From: Chrysomallon squamiferum
Taxonomy: Eukaryota > Animalia > Mollusca
Direction: 5' to 3'
Assembly: GCA_012295275.1 (NCBI GenBank)
Contig: CM022671.1
Location: 26,412,001 to 26,476,000 of the forward strand
Length of the DNA stretch: 64,000 bases
Shown here piece by piece: positions 59,312-64,000 of this stretch. The translations under genes and the position numbers were made by a program. The first letter of the stretch is position 1. Each line of letters opens with the position of its first letter. Below the pieces are notes generated by a model, which searched no databases, was not told the origin of the DNA, and saw only the letters and a list, made by a program, of their open reading frames with translations.

Positions 59312-60292
59312 TTGTTTATTTACTTATTTATTTAGGGTTTTTAATTATATTGCAGTATTTGTGTGTAGTTAGACTTGATCACTTGTTCCAGTCACTGCGT
59401 TTAAAGAAGAACCATTATGACAACAATATCTGACTTAGGAATTGGTTTACTATGTCCTTATATTCCTTTTCTTTCTTTCTTTCTTTTCGATTAGAATTTT
59501 ACATCGGAACAGACTGCCATTAATTTGTTTGTAAAGTTACGTGATGCAGTTTGCTGAAAAATAAACTTACCTATTTTCACTAGTACAAGAACCATCAGAG
59601 AAGAAAAATGAATTTGAAACAGCACGTGACCGTCACGGAAGACCAACGAGACAGAGATCAGCTGGAAATTTCTGGTGATTAAATTTCACAAAGTCTTCAC
59701 ATTCATTTTCATAGCACTCGCATCTCCGTATCTTGTGTTGTTGCATAGCGGATATGCACATAAGCCCCTCAGCACAAATGCCCTCCCCAGTAGAAAAACA
59801 AACGATTAAATAAATTAATTAATTAAAAAATGAAATAACTTTTCGTAAGTCTAGTAATCTCTTCGCCTCTAAAATGCTTGCAATAAAACAGCTGTTGATA
59901 GACAAATGAATATGGCGCCTATGAACGATCACAACTAAAAATATTGGTTACTTGGAGAGAGATAAAAAAAAAAAAAAAATGGCATAAACAAATAACGACG
60001 CTCTTTTCTCCAAGTTTCGTGTAGGCTGCATAAATTAGCGAAGTATTTCAGGTAATATGTATATTACGTGATTTTCTAATAGATATAGTAGCTTTAAAAA
60101 AAAAAATGTCGTTAGTTATACTGAATAAATATTCATTCGTTCGTTTCGTGACTTTTATATATCCAAATTGTGAATATTCATTGAATTAATCCTTGTTCCT
60201 GAGTAGCTGTTCTCGGATGATCAGGATTTTTTCTTTTTTACTTTACTTTATTTCTGTAATATTCTCACAGTTTTCTTCCGTTTATACACAAG

Positions 60293-60414
60293 TAGCCCGA
60301 GTATTCTCGGAAGAACAGCCCACACGGACTTTTAGATGGATATCATTGGTTGTCCCTGAGATCTCTATTCAAATGTCTGTCTCAGCTATTTTCCGCCAGA
60401 AAATACTCAGGCTA
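60293..60414 (-). other. Long imperfect inverted repeat / 3' UTR hairpin of TLR-B
   Basis: Arms of about 55 nt around an approximately 11-nt loop; the outer 15 bp pair fully in mRNA sense using two G-U pairs. Confidence 0.7.
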
Positions 60415-60432
60415 ATAAAATGTAAGAAATTA

Positions 60433-60683
60433 TCAAGTTATAAGACGAACGAAAGATTCCCATGATTCCTCATTATCTTGATCCGGAATTGGAATGATTC
60501 TGTCTTCGTCCACAACACACAGAATACAGTTTGGAATCTTACAAACTCGTCCGGCCTCTCTTAGAATGATGAGTCGGGAAGGAGTTTGCCATGTCACCAC
60601 GCCGATTCCATCATGAATTTGAAACCACGACCACCTATCCTCCAAGTAATTTTCTGTAAAAAGAAAAACAGTTTTCCAGCTGT
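60433..60683 (-). pseudogene. Out-of-frame remnant of the TLR-B TIR C-terminal half
   Basis: SWKTVFLFTENYLEDRWSWFQIHDG...SWESFVRLIT* aligns with the TLR-A C-terminus but is disconnected by the frameshift. Confidence 0.9.
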
Positions 60684-62921
60684 TCCAAACATTATACCTT
60701 CAGCCATACTTTCTCCTGGTACAGAGTTTCTGTCGTGTAAGTATACAGAGTAGCCGTAGTCTCTTTCTAACTTTGCTCCTATATCGAGACAAGCTTGTCG
60801 CCAGTCGTGTTCAGCGTAACAGAGACATACATCAAACATGAAATCTTTTCTCGTCGGACACATTCCACATTTTCGATAAAGATTTTTAAAGAAATAAATT
60901 AACTGTGTTTTATGTTTAATCCCGAAAGACACCAATACGGAACATAATACCGTAAATACAGTAATTAGAAGAGCAACCATAAACCAAATCTGCCCAACAC
61001 AACTTTGCCATAAATGTTCTGCGTTGTAGTCCATCACAGAAACAAGCGATCCGTTTTCGCTGGTGCACGAATATGATTTTCTGTTAACTGTATAATTATT
61101 ATCTTGTAACCAAGAAAGGAACAACACACTTTCCCCACAAATGCAGATAAATCTGTTATCTGACAAATCGAATTCAAACGTTTTGCTTACGTTAAGATAA
61201 TGTTTGTCTAGTGAACTGGTCGTCGATTCTTCGAGATAACTGACTTTGTTGTGATCCATTTTTAACGAGAGCAAATTTGGACAGTTCTTAATGTCGAAAG
61301 GAATAGTAATGAAATTGTTGTTTGATAAAATCAGAATCTGAAGATTACGATTGTCTTTAAATATATCTGGCGGAAGACGGCTTATTTTGTTACCAGAAAT
61401 GTCTAGAAAAATTAGATTTCTAAGATTTTGAAACAGTCGTCTGCCATAAATATAGAAATAATCACCAGGAAGCGATACGTCATTTAAGTACAGGTTTTCC
61501 AAACTTGGAAATGTGTCTAAAAATGAAGCTTTAAGGGTCATGTGATTAATGTATCCCAGTTTTAAGGTTGTTAAGTTATTTAGACCTGTGATTCTGCCTT
61601 CTAATCTCATGTATTCATACTGTTGCAGTGACAGTGTCTTTAGAACATTGTTATCTGAAACTGTTATTATTCTGACAAAATGAACTTCTGATGTAGCGCC
61701 ATCAATAAGTACAGTACGTAATGTTTTCGGAAGAAAGTAAACTATACTATCTTGAAACATCAGGGTATTTGTAAAGATAGATACATTTCTTTGAAACAAC
61801 ATATTTTTATTTTTATTTGGATGAAAGCAGGTAAAACCAGAAATATCAAGATATTCCAAGTTCTCAAGATTCATTATCATGGACAATAATTTATAGCTGC
61901 TGTACTTATAATCGCCAAAAAACGCGTTTTCGTGTAAATCAATTCTCTTAATACATTTACTGAAGATATTCTTACGAAATAATCTTGTTGCATTAACATA
62001 CAGAAGGTGGTTTTCAGAAAGATCTAACTCTGAGACACAGATCATTTCTAAATACATCAGATTTTCTGGAAAAAGTTGTTGATCATATATCACTTTGGTA
62101 AATTTAACTCCTTCCAACTTCATATTCCTGAAATTTAAAGTAGACATATTGAATCCTTGCAAGCCGTAAAGTGAAAAGAGTGCAGCATGCATACCGAGAT
62201 TGTGGTTGCCTTCAAAATTAAGATTTTTTAGATGTTTTAAAGGGGCAAACGCATTTGCTTGTATTTCCGAAATATCACTACAAAATGACAAGTCTAAAAT
62301 TGTTAAGTTTGTAGACGAAAACGTTGAGAACGACCCGTTAGACAGGACACTAATATTACAGTTAGCAGATTTACCCGATAAATTTAACAGTCTAAGCCGA
62401 GCCAACGATTGGAATCCAGAAGGGAAAATCACGTTTGAGAAACTGTCTATCGTCAGTTCTTGTAGATTCTGTAAGGATTGGAATATCTCATCTGGGTACT
62501 CACCAGTTTCGCCGTTAAAAGCTATGTTTAGGATTTGTAGGTTGATCAAAGGTCTGAATACAGATTTTGGGAAAGATTTGTAATCATAATCCAAACTGTT
62601 AGCACTCAGATCAAGAATGGTGAGGTTTTGACAAGACACGAATAGATTCTTCGGTTGACGTTTTAATCCGTTTTGAGAAAGGTTCAGATACACAAGTGAT
62701 GAGTAGATGAAATCTTCAGGGTTTAAGATTAATCTATTCCCACTGAGATCCAAGGCTACTATGTTCTTGTTCAGCCTGGGAACACGATGTAGATTTCTCC
62801 CATGACAGTCAGCAAATAAACCTCTGTATCTTGTTGAGTTCCTAATGGAACAGTTGACTGTTGTATTCTCAGTTGTAGCAATTACTACAGAAATGAGAGA
62901 TAATCCGAGGATTGTTAAAAC
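60594..62921 (-). CDS. Toll-like receptor B, main exon, TIR domain truncated by frameshift (truncated receptor or young pseudogene); about 779 aa with exon 1
   Basis: Colinear paralogue of TLR-A from acceptor TTGCAG|GTT (62921), with intact LRR ectodomain and TM. A 7-nt deletion near 60684 replaces the last 85 aa with 29 novel residues. Confidence 0.88.
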   Translation of the reverse strand, partial: VLTILGLSLISVVIATTENTTVNCSIRNSTRYRGLFADCHGRNLHRVPRLNKNIVALDLSGNRLILNPEDFIYSSLVYLNLSQNGLKRQPKNLFVSCQNLTILDLSANSLDYDYKSFPKSVFRPLINLQILNIAFNGETGEYPDEIFQSLQNLQELTIDSFSNVIFPSGFQSLARLRLLNLSGKSANCNISVLSNGSFSTFSSTNLTILDLSFCSDISEIQANAFAPLKHLKNLNFEGNHNLGMHAALFSLYGLQGFNMSTLNFRNMKLEGVKFTKVIYDQQLFPENLMYLEMICVSELDLSENHLLYVNATRLFRKNIFSKCIKRIDLHENAFFGDYKYSSYKLLSMIMNLENLEYLDISGFTCFHPNKNKNMLFQRNVSIFTNTLMFQDSIVYFLPKTLRTVLIDGATSEVHFVRIITVSDNNVLKTLSLQQYEYMRLEGRITGLNNLTTLKLGYINHMTLKASFLDTFPSLENLYLNDVSLPGDYFYIYGRRLFQNLRNLIFLDISGNKISRLPPDIFKDNRNLQILILSNNNFITIPFDIKNCPNLLSLKMDHNKVSYLEESTTSSLDKHYLNVSKTFEFDLSDNRFICICGESVLFLSWLQDNNYTVNRKSYSCTSENGSLVSVMDYNAEHLWQSCVGQIWFMVALLITVFTVLCSVLVSFGIKHKTQLIYFFKNLYRKCGMCPTRKDFMFDVCLCYAEHDWRQACLDIGAKLERDYGYSVYLHDRNSVPGESMAEGIMFGTAGKLFFFLQKITWRIGGRGFKFMMESAW

Positions 62922-63171
62922 CTGCAAAAATATATTTTAAAAAATTTTTATTAGAAAATTTCCTTCATGAAATAATTGTTTGAATGATCGAGAATGTTCC
63001 ATTTTTACTTTCTATTTGTACGTAATTATTTATGAAATATCATGTATGAATAACAAACAGTCAGCAAATACACCTCCGAATCTGGTTGATTACGTAATGG
63101 AACAGTTGGCTGTTGTATTTTCAATCATAGTTAATGCTTGTGTGTATGTTGAACTATATTATGTATGTATG

Positions 63172-63209
<38 letters not shown>

Positions 63210-63313
63210 TGATAAAGGTTTTCACTGTCCACTGCTCCTAGTTGTTAAAATCGCAAGTACATTTTTCCTGCGTTGTCCTTTTTCTTATTCTTATTTATTG
63301 TTTCATTTATTTG

Positions 63314-63372
<59 letters not shown>

Positions 63373-63963
63373 TTATTTATTATTTATTTCTTTACTTATT
63401 TATTTATTTATTTTTGAGGGGTTTTAATTATATTGCAGTATTTGTATGCAGTTATACTTGATCATTTGTTCCAGTCACTGCGTTTAAAGAACAACCTTTA
63501 TGACAACAATATCTGACTTAGGAATTGGTTTAACTGATTAAATGTAACGTAAAGCTACATTCGGGTATTATCGGAAATCGATATTTTATTACTATTATTG
63601 CTGTTGTTATGTGTTTTTTCCTTGATTATTTCATTTCTTTAAGGGTTTTTTAAATATCGTTAAGGAAACTTTCATGATAACGATAGCTACTTTAGTGTCT
63701 CATCGATGTACTGTTATCGAGTCCATCAATCGCGATCCGTCGGTAAATCGTTCTGTTGTATCTCCTTGCTGTAAACGTGCACATCAATGTCATCTGATGT
63801 GACCTTCAGGTAAAGTATAGTAAAATGGAAATACGGAGATACAAATTCAAAGACAATTACTTTGATGTGTATTAATTAAAAATATCAAATTAACTCTCAT
63901 GTTGTTATGAACACTAACAAGTATACAAAAATAACAGGAACAAATATAAATAAATAAACTTAC

Positions 63964-63975
63964 CGAAAGAATCAT
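63964..63975 (-). CDS. TLR-B first coding exon (MILS)
   Basis: ATG ATT CTT TCG|GTAAGT in phase 0, homologous to 57734-57748. Confidence 0.72.
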
Positions 63976-64000
63976 AATTGTTCGTTGAAGGTCGCAAACT

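Overview
AT-rich, microsatellite-dense eukaryotic (animal) genomic DNA, probably from a lophotrochozoan such as a mollusc (inferred from composition and gene types, not verified). Most of the window is non-coding, and most listed ORFs are microsatellite or antisense artefacts. Recognisable genes are an intronless Ras-like family 10 small GTPase (RASL10B-like, 26608-27243 +) and two tandem Toll-like receptor paralogues on the minus strand about 7.5 kb apart. TLR-A is intact: a 15-nt first coding exon (57734-57748) splices to a large exon (52948-55437), giving about 834 aa. TLR-B has a 12-nt first exon (63964-63975) and an intact ectodomain and transmembrane segment, but a 7-nt deletion truncates its TIR domain. 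The TLR locus is the most unusual part: duplicated promoter/first-exon units lost differently in the two paralogues, a duplicated decoy splice acceptor in the TLR-A intron, a shifted start codon, and a stem-loop in both 3' UTRs. Also present are a decayed Tigger/pogo transposon 5' end, a hAT-type MITE with an 8-bp target-site duplication, a dispersed element carrying a 44-bp minisatellite, a circularly permuted local duplication and several degenerate minisatellites. All analysis was by eye with no database searches.
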